DNA of 64,000 nucleotides from Deltaproteobacteria bacterium (GCA_016186995.1 JACPKQ010000010.1:2970-66969); one strand, 5' to 3'; positions 1-13,065 are shown, numbered from the stretch's first letter. Numbers and translations are program-made. The notes: generated by a model not told the origin, from the sequence alone.

Positions 1-159
1 ATTATCTTTTCTCAATTTCATTTTTTTATAAAAAATATATTTATCCTTTGATTGCTTAATTGTTCCATCAGGGTCAGTTAAAACAAACTCCACCTCTTGG
101 GTTGAAACGTTTCTTTGAACCATGCGCTGAACAGCATGAGAACTGTACTTAATCTCCAT
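1..159 (-). CDS. DUF4258-like protein (putative type II toxin); 3' end runs off the window
   Basis: Not in the ORF track. Manual translation from ATG at 159 gives MEIKYSSHAVQRMVQRNVSTQEVEFVLTDPDG...; the HAxxRMxxRxV/I pattern is typical of DUF4258. Confidence 0.65.
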   Translation of the reverse strand, partial: MEIKYSSHAVQRMVQRNVSTQEVEFVLTDPDGTIKQSKDKYIFYKKMKLRKDN

Positions 160-183
160 ATTTATTTATAAACTAAATATTAT

Positions 184-216
184 AACTAGTCAATAACTTG
201 TCAATATCTAGTCAAA
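184..216. promoter_or_regulatory. Three tandem 11-bp repeats (AACTAGTCAAT/AACTTGTCAAT/ATCTAGTCAAA); probable operator overlapping the promoter of the DUF4258-like gene
   Basis: Repeats seen directly. Each reads TTGAC(A/T) on the minus strand; TTGACT(193-188)-17 nt-TATAAA(170-165) precedes the ATG. Confidence 0.5.
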
Positions 217-242
217 TAAATTTCTGGAATAAGTGCTTTACG

Positions 243-272
243 CCCCTAACCACTATATCTTGTGGTTAGGGG
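243..272. repeat. 11-bp stem hairpin CCCCTAACCAC-N8-GTGGTTAGGGG downstream of the 288..752 gene
   Basis: Perfect inverted repeat. There is no U-tract on either strand, so a terminator role is uncertain. Confidence 0.55.
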
Positions 273-287
273 GAACACTAATATACA

Positions 288-752
288 CTAGCGGCAATCT
301 TCGATGTGTCTTTCTCCAACCAAAAGAACTCTATTGTGTGAAAATTGAAACCCTCGAATCATTCCATCTACCGTTTCATCAAGATGAACAATACAAGCCG
401 TTCCTTCTGTATTGGGCCGAACATGTTTTGTAAGAATGATTTCAAAATTTATCTTCTCAACATCTGGATTATTTTGAATAACATCTTCTGGTAACATAGT
501 TTCATAAGTAGCCAGACAAGGCGCCCCCTCCCCTGTGTTTCGATGGTCTAAAATGGTAACATCAGCCAATTCCGGCACAAGCACCTTTACGACAGGCGAA
601 ACGTACTCAGCGCGTGATAGTTTAAGTTTTGTTGTAGAAATATCCACATTAAGCTCCACAGTTCTTTTTGAAAGAACCACGGAGCCTGCATTGGCTACAG
701 CCACAGACATGACATAAACAACAAGCCCAACAAACAGTTTTTTATTTTTCAT
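288..752 (-). CDS. Secreted hypothetical protein
   Basis: Signal peptide MKNKKLFVGLVVYVMSVAVANA; GGAGG SD upstream; divergent from the LysR gene. Confidence 0.7.
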   Translation of the reverse strand: MKNKKLFVGLVVYVMSVAVANAGSVVLSKRTVELNVDISTTKLKLSRAEYVSPVVKVLVPELADVTILDHRNTGEGAPCLATYETMLPEDVIQNNPDVEKINFEIILTKHVRPNTEGTACIVHLDETVDGMIRGFQFSHNRVLLVGERHIEDCR

Positions 753-831
753 TTTTCTAAGACCTCCTTATTTAAGTTAGTTATATCTTCTGTTATATAA
801 ATAAGTAAAATTGATTTTATTTATTATTGTG

Positions 832-846
832 ATAGGTAAAAGCTAT
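832..846. promoter_or_regulatory. LysR recognition site ATAG-N7-CTAT (T-N11-A) overlapping the LysR start codon
   Basis: ATAGGTAAAAGCTAT in the divergent intergenic region; classic LTTR autoregulatory dyad. Confidence 0.6.
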
Positions 847-1711
847 GCTTCCAAATGCTCAAGATTTAAAATATTTCATTGAGGTTTCAAAAACACTTAA
901 CCTTACAAGGGCTTCGGAACGATTAGGAATTAGCCAACCCTCTTTGAGTGTTTCTATCCAAAGGCTTGAAAACAATATAGGGGTTCCACTTCTTATTCGA
1001 GGCAAAAAAGGTGTCGCCCTTACACAAGCGGGGCAAGCGCTTTTAACACAAGCTCACAATATTATTGATTCGTGGGAAAACCTTAAAGAAAAGGCAACAA
1101 GCACTTATATGCACATCGCAGGGCAATACACCATTGGGTGCCATCCTTCTGTTGCTCTTTATTCACTTCCACATATTATTCCTTCTCTTTTAGAAAACTA
1201 TCCACAACTTGAAATTAAATGTGTTCATGACCTTTCACGTCGAATGACAGAATCAGTCATCAGTATGCAGGTCTCTGTTGGCATTGTAGTCAATCCTGTA
1301 CCACACCCAGATCTGGTTATTCAAAAACTCTGTAGCGACATCGTTACTTTTTGGAAAGGAAAAGAAAATAACCCCCTACAAGATCCTTATTCTGGAAAAG
1401 GTGTTTTAATTTGCGACCCCGATCTTATTCAAACACAAGATTTACTTAAAAAAATAAAGAAAACAAAAATTAAATATCGAACCATTCTTTCTTCTTCAAA
1501 TCTTGAAGTCATTGCAGAACTTGTGGCATCGGGAAGTGGTTTTGGAATTATTCCAGGAAAAGTTGCAAAACGACAATCCTATATGAAACTACAAAAAATC
1601 AAACGGGCTCCTGTTTTTTATGATGAAGTGTGCGCAATTTATAGAATTGAAAACAAAAACGTTCCAGCGATTCAAATAATTACTCAAAAACTTAAAAAAG
1701 CTCTTATATAA
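845..1711 (+). CDS. LysR-family transcriptional regulator
   Basis: N-terminal HTH (NLTRASERLGISQPSLSVSIQRLE), 288 aa, followed by a substrate-binding domain. Confidence 0.95.
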   Translation: MLPNAQDLKYFIEVSKTLNLTRASERLGISQPSLSVSIQRLENNIGVPLLIRGKKGVALTQAGQALLTQAHNIIDSWENLKEKATSTYMHIAGQYTIGCHPSVALYSLPHIIPSLLENYPQLEIKCVHDLSRRMTESVISMQVSVGIVVNPVPHPDLVIQKLCSDIVTFWKGKENNPLQDPYSGKGVLICDPDLIQTQDLLKKIKKTKIKYRTILSSSNLEVIAELVASGSGFGIIPGKVAKRQSYMKLQKIKRAPVFYDEVCAIYRIENKNVPAIQIITQKLKKALI

Positions 1712-1715
1712 TAAA

Positions 1716-3071
1716 TCAGAAAAAAAGCTCGAGAGCCTTTTCGATATTAGAAACCCCCACGAGTTCAATACCCTTGATAGATTTTAGCTTAGAAAGGTTT
1801 TTTTGAGGAAGAACACATTTTTTAAACCCTAGTTTTTTGGCCTCGCCCACCCGTACATCAACGCCTCGAACAGCCCTGAGCTCTCCAGAAAGCCCCACCT
1901 CACCAATAGCTAAAACATCGTGTGGTAAAGATACATTTTTAAAACTACTCATCACAACTAAAAGTGTTCCTAAATCAGAAGCGGTTTCTTGAATTTTAAT
2001 ACCACCCGCAACATTCACATAAACATCATGCCCAGCTAAAATAATGCCTGAAGATTTTTCTAAAACAGCCAATAAAAGAGAAACTCTTTGTGGATCAAGC
2101 CCTAACGTTGTACGTCTTGGGGCTGCAAAACTAGTTTGCGAAACAAGCGCTTGAAGCTCCACCAAAATGGGTCGCGTTCCTTCCAAAGAAGAAACAACAA
2201 TAGAGCCAGGGTTTTTTTCTTCACTTCTTTCAGATAAAAAGAAACTAGAAGGGTTATTAATTTCCACAAGTCCCTTTTCTTGCATTTCAAAAACTCCAAT
2301 TTCATGGGTGGATCCAAACCTATTTTTAATGGATCTTAAAATTCGAAATGAAAGTGTTGGATCAGAATCAAAATAAAGAACCGTATCAACCATGTGTTCT
2401 AAAACACGAGGTCCTGCAATAGAGCCTTCTTTTGTAACATGCCCCACAATAAAAGTTGCAATATTATTTTTCTTAGCCAAATACATAAGTCGCGCTGCAC
2501 AGTGCCTAACTTGGCTTACGGTACCTGGCGCTGATTCAAGTTCTTGAGAAAAAAGTGTTTGAATAGAATCAATAACAAGAATATGGGGTTTTAATTTCTC
2601 ACAATGAGACATTACTTTTTCAAGCCCGGTTTCAGAAAGAACAAAAAGGTTTTTTTGTGAAATCCCTAAGCGCTCTGCCCTCATTTTGACTTGTAATAAA
2701 GACTCTTCAGCAGAAACGTACAAAACATTTAGTTTTTGCTTTGTGGTATTTCCCACTACTTGTAAAAGAAGGGTTGATTTACCAATACCCGGATCTCCAC
2801 CTACAAGCGTTAAAGAACCTTGTACAATTCCCCCACCCAAAACTCGATCGAGCTCTGCAATGCCGGTTGTCATTCGGGTTTCTTCCTCACAATTGATTTG
2901 ATCTAATGTAATAGGCTTATCTTGAGAGAATTCTAGATTCTGATGTTTCTTGGGAGCTTCAATAATATCTTCATAAAAAGTGTTCCACTCATTACAAGAT
3001 GGACACTTTCCCATCCACTTTTGAGTATTATAACCACAACCCGAGCAACAATATTGAGTGTTCTTTTTCAT
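1716..3071 (-). CDS. radA: DNA repair protein RadA/Sms
   Basis: C4 zinc finger (CSGCG..CPSC), Walker A GDPGIGKS, KNRFG motif, Lon-like C-terminus; start placed at MKKNTQY. Confidence 0.97.
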   Translation of the reverse strand: MKKNTQYCCSGCGYNTQKWMGKCPSCNEWNTFYEDIIEAPKKHQNLEFSQDKPITLDQINCEEETRMTTGIAELDRVLGGGIVQGSLTLVGGDPGIGKSTLLLQVVGNTTKQKLNVLYVSAEESLLQVKMRAERLGISQKNLFVLSETGLEKVMSHCEKLKPHILVIDSIQTLFSQELESAPGTVSQVRHCAARLMYLAKKNNIATFIVGHVTKEGSIAGPRVLEHMVDTVLYFDSDPTLSFRILRSIKNRFGSTHEIGVFEMQEKGLVEINNPSSFFLSERSEEKNPGSIVVSSLEGTRPILVELQALVSQTSFAAPRRTTLGLDPQRVSLLLAVLEKSSGIILAGHDVYVNVAGGIKIQETASDLGTLLVVMSSFKNVSLPHDVLAIGEVGLSGELRAVRGVDVRVGEAKKLGFKKCVLPQKNLSKLKSIKGIELVGVSNIEKALELFF

Positions 3072-3123
3072 TAAAACCATCCTACCAGCCAAAGTTGTAT
3101 TTTCAATGTTATATGCTAATAAA

Positions 3124-3753
3124 ATGTGCGTGCTTCAGGTTTCTGAAATTTATTACAGTATTCAAGGAGAATCTTCATTTCGAGGAGAGCCTTGTATTTT
3201 TATTCGCCTTACAGGGTGCGATCTTCGCTGCAGCTGGTGTGATACAGAATATTCTTTTTACGGTGGTAAAAAAATGAATATTTCTAAAATTTTGAATGAA
3301 GTTTCCAGATTTCCTTGTAAACTTGTTGAAATTACAGGTGGAGAACCCCTTTTACAAAAAGAGACTCCAAATCTTTCTCAAAGCCTTTTAAATGAAGGAT
3401 ATACAGTACTTTTAGAAACAGGGGGGCATAAAGATATTCAAAATATTCCTAAAGAAGTAATTACTGTTATGGATATTAAAACCCCTAGTAGTGGAGAAGC
3501 AGAAAAAAATAATTGGGACAATTTAAAATATCTAAAGCCACACGATGAAATTAAATTTGTGATTCAAGACAGAAACGATTTTGAGTGGGCAAAAAAAACT
3601 GTCCAAGAAAAATTAAAAAAAATAGAAAACCTCATTCATTTTTCTCCTGTGTTCAAAAAAATGAACCCCCACACACTTTCAAAATGGATTTTAAACGAAA
3701 ATCTTCCTGTTAAGTTTGGAACTCAACTACATAAAGAATTAGGACTGCCCTAA
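3124..3753 (+). CDS. queE: 7-carboxy-7-deazaguanine synthase (radical SAM)
   Basis: EIYYSIQGE, CDLRCSWCD, TGGEPL and QLHK motifs; start 3124 or 3130. Confidence 0.9.
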   Translation: MCVLQVSEIYYSIQGESSFRGEPCIFIRLTGCDLRCSWCDTEYSFYGGKKMNISKILNEVSRFPCKLVEITGGEPLLQKETPNLSQSLLNEGYTVLLETGGHKDIQNIPKEVITVMDIKTPSSGEAEKNNWDNLKYLKPHDEIKFVIQDRNDFEWAKKTVQEKLKKIENLIHFSPVFKKMNPHTLSKWILNENLPVKFGTQLHKELGLP

Positions 3754-3802
3754 ATTAAGATAATTGACGCTTTAACTTGTACCATGCTACACAAGAATAT
3801 CT

Positions 3803-4792
3803 ATGAAGTTAAGAGCTTTTGTCACAGGCGGGCACGGTTTCGTAGGAAGTCATCTTGTTGAACGGCTTCTTAAAGAAAACTTTGATGTCACTTGTCTTAT
3901 AAAACCATCAAGCAACTTAAAATGGATTAATACCCTTCCTTTAAAATATTTTTATGGTGATTTAAGAGACTCTGAATCGTTAAAAAAAATATCACAAGAT
4001 TTTGATTATGTTTTTCATGTAGCTGGACTTATCCAAGCAAAGTCAGAAGAAGAGTTTTTTTCTGTGAATGAAAAAGGAACACTCCATTTAATAAACGCCT
4101 GTAAATCTACACAAAAAAATTTAAAAAGATTTATTCTTATAAGCTCTATTGCAGCTTCTGGCCCTGCTGCCGCTTTAAAACCTAGAGGTGAAGAAGATGT
4201 AGAAAACCCTGTAAGTACCTATGGCAAAAGTAAACTTGCTGGGGAAAAGGCTTTAAAAGAAAATGCGGGCACAATTGCCTACACCATTCTTAGGCCACCT
4301 GCTATCTATGGCCCACGTGATCGTGGTATTTTTTTCTTTTTTGAAGCAATCAAAAAATTAAAAGGGCTTCCTATTTTTAAACCTAAAAATAGATATTACA
4401 GCCTCATCCATGTTCATGATTTAGTAGATGCCATTTATAAATCTGCTATTTCCGAGAATGCAGCAAATCAAACTTTTAATATTGTGAATGAAAAACACTA
4501 TCCACTTGAAGAAATCGTTCAAAAAATTTCGTTTTCTTTAAAAACAAAACCTCGCGTGTATTATATTCCACGCCCATTTGTTTACGGTGCCTCTTTTATT
4601 TCTGATATTATTACAAAATTAACAAAAAAAGCTTTTCATTTTAACTCCATGAAAATGCCAGATCTAGAAGCGCAGTACTGGATTTTTTCTGCTGAAAAAG
4701 CAAAAAAAGAATTGGGCTGGTCAAATAACATTCCACTTGAAAAAGGGCTTGCGGAAACGACCCACTGGTATCAAAAATTAGGCTGGCTTTAA
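3803..4792 (+). CDS. NAD-dependent epimerase/dehydratase (extended SDR)
   Basis: TGGHGFVG, YGKSK and RPPAIYGP motifs. Confidence 0.9.
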   Translation: MKLRAFVTGGHGFVGSHLVERLLKENFDVTCLIKPSSNLKWINTLPLKYFYGDLRDSESLKKISQDFDYVFHVAGLIQAKSEEEFFSVNEKGTLHLINACKSTQKNLKRFILISSIAASGPAAALKPRGEEDVENPVSTYGKSKLAGEKALKENAGTIAYTILRPPAIYGPRDRGIFFFFEAIKKLKGLPIFKPKNRYYSLIHVHDLVDAIYKSAISENAANQTFNIVNEKHYPLEEIVQKISFSLKTKPRVYYIPRPFVYGASFISDIITKLTKKAFHFNSMKMPDLEAQYWIFSAEKAKKELGWSNNIPLEKGLAETTHWYQKLGWL

Positions 4793-4802
4793 AATCTATC
4801 TA

Positions 4803-7484
<2,682 letters not shown>

Positions 7485-7489
7485 TGTAA

Positions 7490-9016
7490 TTAAAGCCCTT
7501 TTTTACTTTTAAATTTTTTATTATAAGCTTCAAGTGTTTGATTGAGTTTTGTTTTAAGCCCATCATCAAATGCTTTTTTTGTTTTAAGTAATTCAAGCGT
7601 TTCTTTTCCTTCTGAAAGCATATAATCAGTCAAGCCTTGTTCCCACTCACTTAAAACACCAACAGGTAAACTATCTACAAAACCATTAACCCCTGCATAA
7701 ATAGTAATGATCTGCATTTCTACCTGTTGAGGCACATATTGATCTTGTTTTAAAAGTTCAACAAGCCTTTCTCCTCTCTCAAGCTGCTTTCTTGTAGTAA
7801 CATCAAGATCACTTGCGAATTGAGAAAAGGCTGCAAGTTCCCGATATTGTGCCAAGTCTAAACGTAGTGTTCCGGCTACTTGTTTCATAGCTTTCACTTG
7901 AGCCGCGCCCCCAACCCGAGAAACCGAATTACCAACATTAATAGCAGGGCGAACACCTGAGTTAAAAAGATCTGATTCTAAAAAGATTTGCCCATCGGTA
8001 ATAGAAATAACATTTGTTGGAATATAGGCTGAAATATCTCCTGCTTGAGTTTCAATAATAGGGAGTGCTGTTAAAGAACCGCCTCCTTCTTCTTCACTCA
8101 TCTTAGCAGCACGCTCAAGAAGCCTTGAGTGAAGATAAAAAACATCCCCGGGAAAAGCTTCACGCCCTGGAGGGCGTCTTAAAAGGAGGGAGAGTTGTCG
8201 ATAAGCTTGCGCTTGTTTTGTAAGATCATCATAGATAACAAGAGCATGTTTACCATTATCCCTAAAATATTCTCCAATGGTTGCTCCTGCATAAGGAGCC
8301 AAAAATTGAAGTGGTGCTGGGTCACTCGCTGTTGCACTCACAATTGTTGTGTACTCCATAGCACCCTGTTGTTTTAGTTTTTCAATAACCATAGCAACAG
8401 TAGATCTTTTTTGACCGATCCCTACATAAATGCACTGAACATTTTTGCCTTTTTGGTTAATAATCGTATCAACTGCAACAGCTGTTTTACCCGTTTGTCT
8501 GTCACCAATAATAAGTTCTCTTTGTCCACGACCAATCGGAACCATAGAATCAATACATTTGAGACCTGTTTGAAGTGGTTCACACACAGGTTGTCTTTTA
8601 ACAATTCCAGGGGCTTTAACCTCAATCTGCCTTTTTTGGGTTGTTTTCAGAGGAGCCCCTCCATCAAGAACCTGTCCTAATGGATCAACCACCCTTCCCA
8701 AAACTTCCTCTCCAACTGGGATAGAAACAATTTCTTTTGTTCTTTTGACAGTGTCCCCTTCGCGAATATCATAATCATGTCCAAAAATGGCAACCCCAAC
8801 ATTATCTTCTTCAAGATTAAGAACCGTACCGTAAATATTTCCAGGCAACTCAACAAGCTCTCCCATCATGACTTCATCAAGTCCATGAATGCGAGCAACT
8901 CCGTCACCCACCTCTAAAACTGTTCCTGTTTCAGAAACAACAACTTTCTTTTCATAGTTTTGAATTCTTTCCTGAATAATCCGACTGATTTCTTCTGATC
9001 TTACTTCCATACTCAT
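7490..9016 (-). CDS. atpA: ATP synthase F1 alpha subunit
   Basis: GDRQTGKT and [21 protein letters not shown] motifs. Confidence 0.99.
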   Translation of the reverse strand: MSMEVRSEEISRIIQERIQNYEKKVVVSETGTVLEVGDGVARIHGLDEVMMGELVELPGNIYGTVLNLEEDNVGVAIFGHDYDIREGDTVKRTKEIVSIPVGEEVLGRVVDPLGQVLDGGAPLKTTQKRQIEVKAPGIVKRQPVCEPLQTGLKCIDSMVPIGRGQRELIIGDRQTGKTAVAVDTIINQKGKNVQCIYVGIGQKRSTVAMVIEKLKQQGAMEYTTIVSATASDPAPLQFLAPYAGATIGEYFRDNGKHALVIYDDLTKQAQAYRQLSLLLRRPPGREAFPGDVFYLHSRLLERAAKMSEEEGGGSLTALPIIETQAGDISAYIPTNVISITDGQIFLESDLFNSGVRPAINVGNSVSRVGGAAQVKAMKQVAGTLRLDLAQYRELAAFSQFASDLDVTTRKQLERGERLVELLKQDQYVPQQVEMQIITIYAGVNGFVDSLPVGVLSEWEQGLTDYMLSEGKETLELLKTKKAFDDGLKTKLNQTLEAYNKKFKSKKGL

Positions 9017-9034
9017 GCTCCTCTATTGATTCAC

Positions 9035-9562
9035 TTATTTAAACATTAATTCCAATTGTGTTTTAAGACTTCCATCTAAAACCCTGCTTCCAACCTTCGT
9101 AATCATCCCGCCTAAAATTGTGGGGTTAATAACAAAGGTAGGAATAACTTTTTTCTTAAGAGTTTTTTCTAAACTTTCGGTCACTTCTTTTTTAAAACTT
9201 TCCGTTAAACTTGTAGCCGTTGTAATAACAGGTCTTTCAATTCCTTCTACTTGATCTAAAATTTTTTCAAACTCTTTTGCCATTTCTAAAAAGATCCGTC
9301 CTCTCTTTTTCTCATACAACAATAATAAAAAGTTTTTGGTTTCTTTTTGGAAAGAATATTTCATTACAATATCTTCTATAATTTCTTTTACCTCTGAAAA
9401 CGAAAAAACTGAACCATAATAAATACTTCTAAGATTTTGATTTATCTCTAATGCTTTAGAAAATATTTCTAAATCAGAACGTGTTTTTTTTTCTTTCTTG
9501 CTCTCTTGTGCTATATCAAAAAAGGCCTTTGCATATGTTCTTGCAACCTTTGTATGTTTCAT
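9035..9562 (-). CDS. atpH: ATP synthase F1 delta subunit
   Basis: VARTYAKA and ILGG..DGSLKTQL motifs; operon position. Confidence 0.93.
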   Translation of the reverse strand: MKHTKVARTYAKAFFDIAQESKKEKKTRSDLEIFSKALEINQNLRSIYYGSVFSFSEVKEIIEDIVMKYSFQKETKNFLLLLYEKKRGRIFLEMAKEFEKILDQVEGIERPVITTATSLTESFKKEVTESLEKTLKKKVIPTFVINPTILGGMITKVGSRVLDGSLKTQLELMFK

Positions 9563-10044
9563 CGCAAACTTTGAACCTCTTCGAGCTTTTTAAGATATTC
9601 TTTGTTAAGCTTGTCGTGCGCTTTTGTATCTAAATTATTTTGAAAAATATTTTGTGTCTCTTCAAAAAGTTTTTGCTTTATTTCTTTTTCTAATCTGTTC
9701 TTAAAGTTTATCGCTTGAAGCGCTGCTTTTTGTTTTGCATCTTCTTCAATTCTTCTAAGTTCTTCTTCTGATTTGTGTGTTTGGTGAAGACGAAGCTTTT
9801 CAATATCTTTTTCAACTTCTTCCTTTAAAACTTTTTTGTATTGGTCAATATTTTTTATTCTCTCTCTACTTTTTTTTAGTGCTTGGTCGGCAAAGTCTTT
9901 TAACTCTGTTGATAAACGAATATCTTCTACAACTTTTGTGTTTCGTTGGTTCATAGCAGTTTGAGTTGGTTTTTTTAAAAGAAAATAAAGAAGGGCAACA
10001 AAAACTAAGAAATTAATAATTGTATAAAGCAATTCCATGTTCAT
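9559..10044 (-). CDS. atpF: ATP synthase F0 subunit b
   Basis: N-terminal TM (IINFLVFVALLY) plus charged coiled coil; operon position. Confidence 0.85.
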   Translation of the reverse strand: MNMELLYTIINFLVFVALLYFLLKKPTQTAMNQRNTKVVEDIRLSTELKDFADQALKKSRERIKNIDQYKKVLKEEVEKDIEKLRLHQTHKSEEELRRIEEDAKQKAALQAINFKNRLEKEIKQKLFEETQNIFQNNLDTKAHDKLNKEYLKKLEEVQSLR

Positions 10045-10046
10045 TT

Positions 10047-10541
10047 CTATTCTCGTGCTGACACTGATGAAGCATTATTTGAATGAGAAGTTGTTGAAAT
10101 TGAAAAGGGCACAAGCTTTTTTAAAATCTCTTCTGTTAATTCTCTCGTATCCTTTTTCAAAGCTTCTTTTGATAAACAATATTCTTCTTCTGAGCGTTTT
10201 TTTGCTTCACCTACAACTTTCGTAGCTGTATTTCGTGCTTCGTTAATTTTTTCTTCATTTTTTTTAAGTACTTCTTTCTTCTTAAACTCATAAAGCTCCC
10301 CTGTTTTTTTCTTTTCAGTGTTGAGCTCTTGATTAAACTCCTGATCAAGCTTTTCTGCCTGAATTCTATGTTCACGGCTCTCTTGTTTCATGTTACTTAC
10401 CCGTTTTTTTCTTTCATTCACAATTTCCAATATGGGACGAAAAAAAAAGATGTTAAGAAAAAAAATAAGTGCAACAAAAAGTCCTATAACATAAGGTAAA
10501 TATTTCAAATTTTCCAAAATGCTCAAATTTTCTGAGATCAC
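10047..10541 (-). CDS. ATP synthase F0 subunit b'
   Basis: TM then LNIFFFRPILEIVNERK and a coiled coil; second b-type subunit. Confidence 0.82.
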   Translation of the reverse strand: MISENLSILENLKYLPYVIGLFVALIFFLNIFFFRPILEIVNERKKRVSNMKQESREHRIQAEKLDQEFNQELNTEKKKTGELYEFKKKEVLKKNEEKINEARNTATKVVGEAKKRSEEEYCLSKEALKKDTRELTEEILKKLVPFSISTTSHSNNASSVSARE

Positions 10542-10610
10542 AAACTTCTCCCGTTCTCTTTTACAAGAGCTTTGGCTTTCGTAACATTGGGGCCTGTGTG
10601 AGTCAATATG

Positions 10611-11039
10611 TTAGGCTGTCTTTGCGGTTGTCCTGGGTATTGCCTTTCCATCATCAGCAAGAAGATGGGGTTCTTTTTGCTTTTCCATTTTTGTACTCCC
10701 TTCATAATGGACTCCTTCTTCAATATAAAGAGAAGGTGTCTTTATATTTCCTTTAAAAATAGCTGGGGCATAAATCTCAACTTTTTCCTTTGCAACAACA
10801 TCTCCAACCACTTCACCTGTAATAATAATAGAGTTTACTTCAATATTAGCAATAATACGCGCACCTTCACCTACAATGAGCGTATCACTTGCCAAAATTT
10901 CTCCTTTAAATTTTCCTGCAATACGAGCAGTTCCCTGAAAAGAAAGCTTGCCCTCAAATTCACAACCAGCTTCTAAAATAGCGGTTACATGCTCATAACT
11001 TTCTACTGTTTTTGCTTCTTTCTTCTTTCTAAAAAACAT
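10611..11039 (-). CDS. Bactofilin (polymer-forming cytoskeletal protein)
   Basis: Beta-helix repeats FEGKLSFQGTARIAGKFKGEI..IEEGVHYEG; directly after parB. Confidence 0.92.
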   Translation of the reverse strand: MFFRKKKEAKTVESYEHVTAILEAGCEFEGKLSFQGTARIAGKFKGEILASDTLIVGEGARIIANIEVNSIIITGEVVGDVVAKEKVEIYAPAIFKGNIKTPSLYIEEGVHYEGSTKMEKQKEPHLLADDGKAIPRTTAKTA

Positions 11040-11040
11040 T

Positions 11041-11904
11041 TTAGGCCTCCAATTTTTGGATCATGTCAACAATTCGTATTAAATCCTCTTTAGAATAAAA
11101 CTCAATTGCAATTCTTCCTCTGTTTTTAGCAGAGTTTGAAATCATGACCTTTGTTTTAAAAATATTTCTTAAAAGCTCTTCTGTTGATCTTATTTCAGGT
11201 GCGCGTTGTGGTTGAGTGAGGAGTGCAGCCTTCTTTTCTCTTATAAACTGCTCTGTTTCCCGAACGCTGAGTCTTTTTTTTAAAACAACCTCAAGTCCTT
11301 GTACCCTCTCACTTTCAGAAGAAAAAGAAAGAATAGCTCTTGCATGTCCCATTGAAATCTGACCTTGAATAATGGAGTTTTGAATATTCACTGGCAACTC
11401 AAGAAGTCTTAACGTATTTGCAATATGACTCCTATCTTTTCCCACCTTTTCTGCAAGTTCTGATTGGGTATAATGATGTTGTTCTATAAGGCGTTGATAG
11501 GCTGTTGCCTCTTCAACACAATTAAGATCTGCTCTTTGGATATTCTCAATAAGAGCAATTTCCAAGGTCTCGTGATCTTGAAAATTTTGTATTAAAGCAG
11601 GCACATGTGATAATCCTGCTTTTTGTGCAGCACGCCAACGCCTTTCTCCGGCAACAATTTCATAAACTCCGTTTTTTTCTCGAACAAGAACAGGCTGAAG
11701 AACCCCGTGCTTACGAATAGATTGGGAAAGCTCTAACAATTCTTTGTCAGCAAAGTGCTTTCTGGGTTGAAATTCATTAGGTTTAATTTTAGAAACTTCT
11801 AGTTTTTGAATATTTTTTTTCCTAAGCTCTTTTTCCTCTTCTATAGTAGCTGCATCGGGTATCAGAGATGATAAACCACGTCCTAGTCTATTTTGAGTAT
11901 CCAT
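11041..11904 (-). CDS. parB: Chromosome partitioning protein ParB
   Basis: LGRGLSSL, QPRK, GERRWRA and ENIQR motifs plus HTH. Confidence 0.97.
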   Translation of the reverse strand: MDTQNRLGRGLSSLIPDAATIEEEKELRKKNIQKLEVSKIKPNEFQPRKHFADKELLELSQSIRKHGVLQPVLVREKNGVYEIVAGERRWRAAQKAGLSHVPALIQNFQDHETLEIALIENIQRADLNCVEEATAYQRLIEQHHYTQSELAEKVGKDRSHIANTLRLLELPVNIQNSIIQGQISMGHARAILSFSSESERVQGLEVVLKKRLSVRETEQFIREKKAALLTQPQRAPEIRSTEELLRNIFKTKVMISNSAKNRGRIAIEFYSKEDLIRIVDMIQKLEA

Positions 11905-11925
11905 TGAATATCCTCCTCAATTATA

Positions 11926-12750
11926 TTAAGAGCTGATTGGCGGTTGTAAAACTTGTTCCTGTGTTTTAGAAACTAGTTTTGTTTCAACCTTTGGCTCTTG
12001 TCTTTTTAATAACTCCTCCGCCAAACTTAAATAAGAAGAAGAACCCTTTGATTCGATATCATAAAGTAGTATAGGCTTTCCATGACTAGGGCTTTCCGAA
12101 AGTCTAATATTTCTTGGGATCATAATATCAAAAACGTTCTCCTTAAAATGAGCCCGAACCTCTGAAACAACCTGGTGAGACAACTTATTTCTTGGATCAT
12201 ACATAGTGAGCAAGATCCCTTCTCGTCTTAAGTTTTGGTTTAGCCCTTTTTTGATAAGTTGTACTGTGTTTACAAGCTTTGAAAGTCCTTCCATTGCAAA
12301 GTATTCACACTGCATAGGTACTAAGTAGCTGTGTGCGGCCACTAAAGCATTAATGGTCAAAAGTCCAAGAGAGGGGGGGCAATCAATAAAAATATAGTCA
12401 TAGTCATTAAGTATAGGCTCCAAATACTCTTTAAGTTTGTTTTCCCTACCAAGCACTGAAACAAGCTCAATCTCAACTCCAACAAGGCCCTGATCCGAGG
12501 GAATAATATCAAGAAACTGAAGCTCAGTCTTTATGATTGCCTCTTTAGCTGGAATTTTTCCTATCATGACGTGATAAAGGTTTTTATCAAATCCTGCAAT
12601 CCCAAGTCCGCTTGTTGCATTGGCCTGGGAATCCATATCTATAAGAAGGGTTTTCTTCTCAGAAATAGCAATAGAAGCAGCAAGGTTAATAGCTGTTGTT
12701 GTCTTTCCAACGCCACCTTTTTGATTTGCGATAGCAATAATCTTTGCCAT
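11926..12750 (-). CDS. parA: Chromosome partitioning ATPase ParA/Soj
   Basis: NQKGGVGKTT and DCPPSLG motifs; start placed at MAKII. Confidence 0.97.
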   Translation of the reverse strand: MAKIIAIANQKGGVGKTTTAINLAASIAISEKKTLLIDMDSQANATSGLGIAGFDKNLYHVMIGKIPAKEAIIKTELQFLDIIPSDQGLVGVEIELVSVLGRENKLKEYLEPILNDYDYIFIDCPPSLGLLTINALVAAHSYLVPMQCEYFAMEGLSKLVNTVQLIKKGLNQNLRREGILLTMYDPRNKLSHQVVSEVRAHFKENVFDIMIPRNIRLSESPSHGKPILLYDIESKGSSSYLSLAEELLKRQEPKVETKLVSKTQEQVLQPPISS

Positions 12751-12853
12751 TAAGTAAAAAAAGTAAATCAAATTTGTTAATAGTCAACTCATCTTTGAAA
12801 CCCCTTGAAACTCAAGCCCTCCAAGAGGTCTTTTTCAAAACATTTTTTGAATA

Positions 12854-12869
12854 TGTTTCACGTGAAACA
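12854..12869. promoter_or_regulatory. parS site 1 (TGTTTCACGTGAAACA), within a 22-bp perfect palindrome 12851-12872
   Basis: Exact match to the universal parS consensus, upstream of parA. Confidence 0.95.
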
Positions 12870-12925
12870 TATATATTTATGATTATCCATTTGATATTTA
12901 TTTATGTTATAAAGAATATTCACGA

Positions 12926-12941
12926 TGTTTCACGTGAAACA
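12926..12941. promoter_or_regulatory. parS site 2 (TGTTTCACGTGAAACA)
   Basis: Exact consensus, offset 72 bp from site 1. Confidence 0.95.
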
Positions 12942-13065
12942 CATGTGAGTACTCTAAACAAATAACAAATTTATTTCATATGAATGAAGAATATTCTCGT
13001 TTTATATTGTCATATTAAGATTTTAGAGTTAGCCTTTTGTTGAAGTTTTAGAAAGGAGAAGAAAA

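Noticed and set aside
12744..12965. 73-aa ORF containing VSRET twice
   Set aside because: VSRET is simply the translation of the two parS palindromes; the ORF is spurious.
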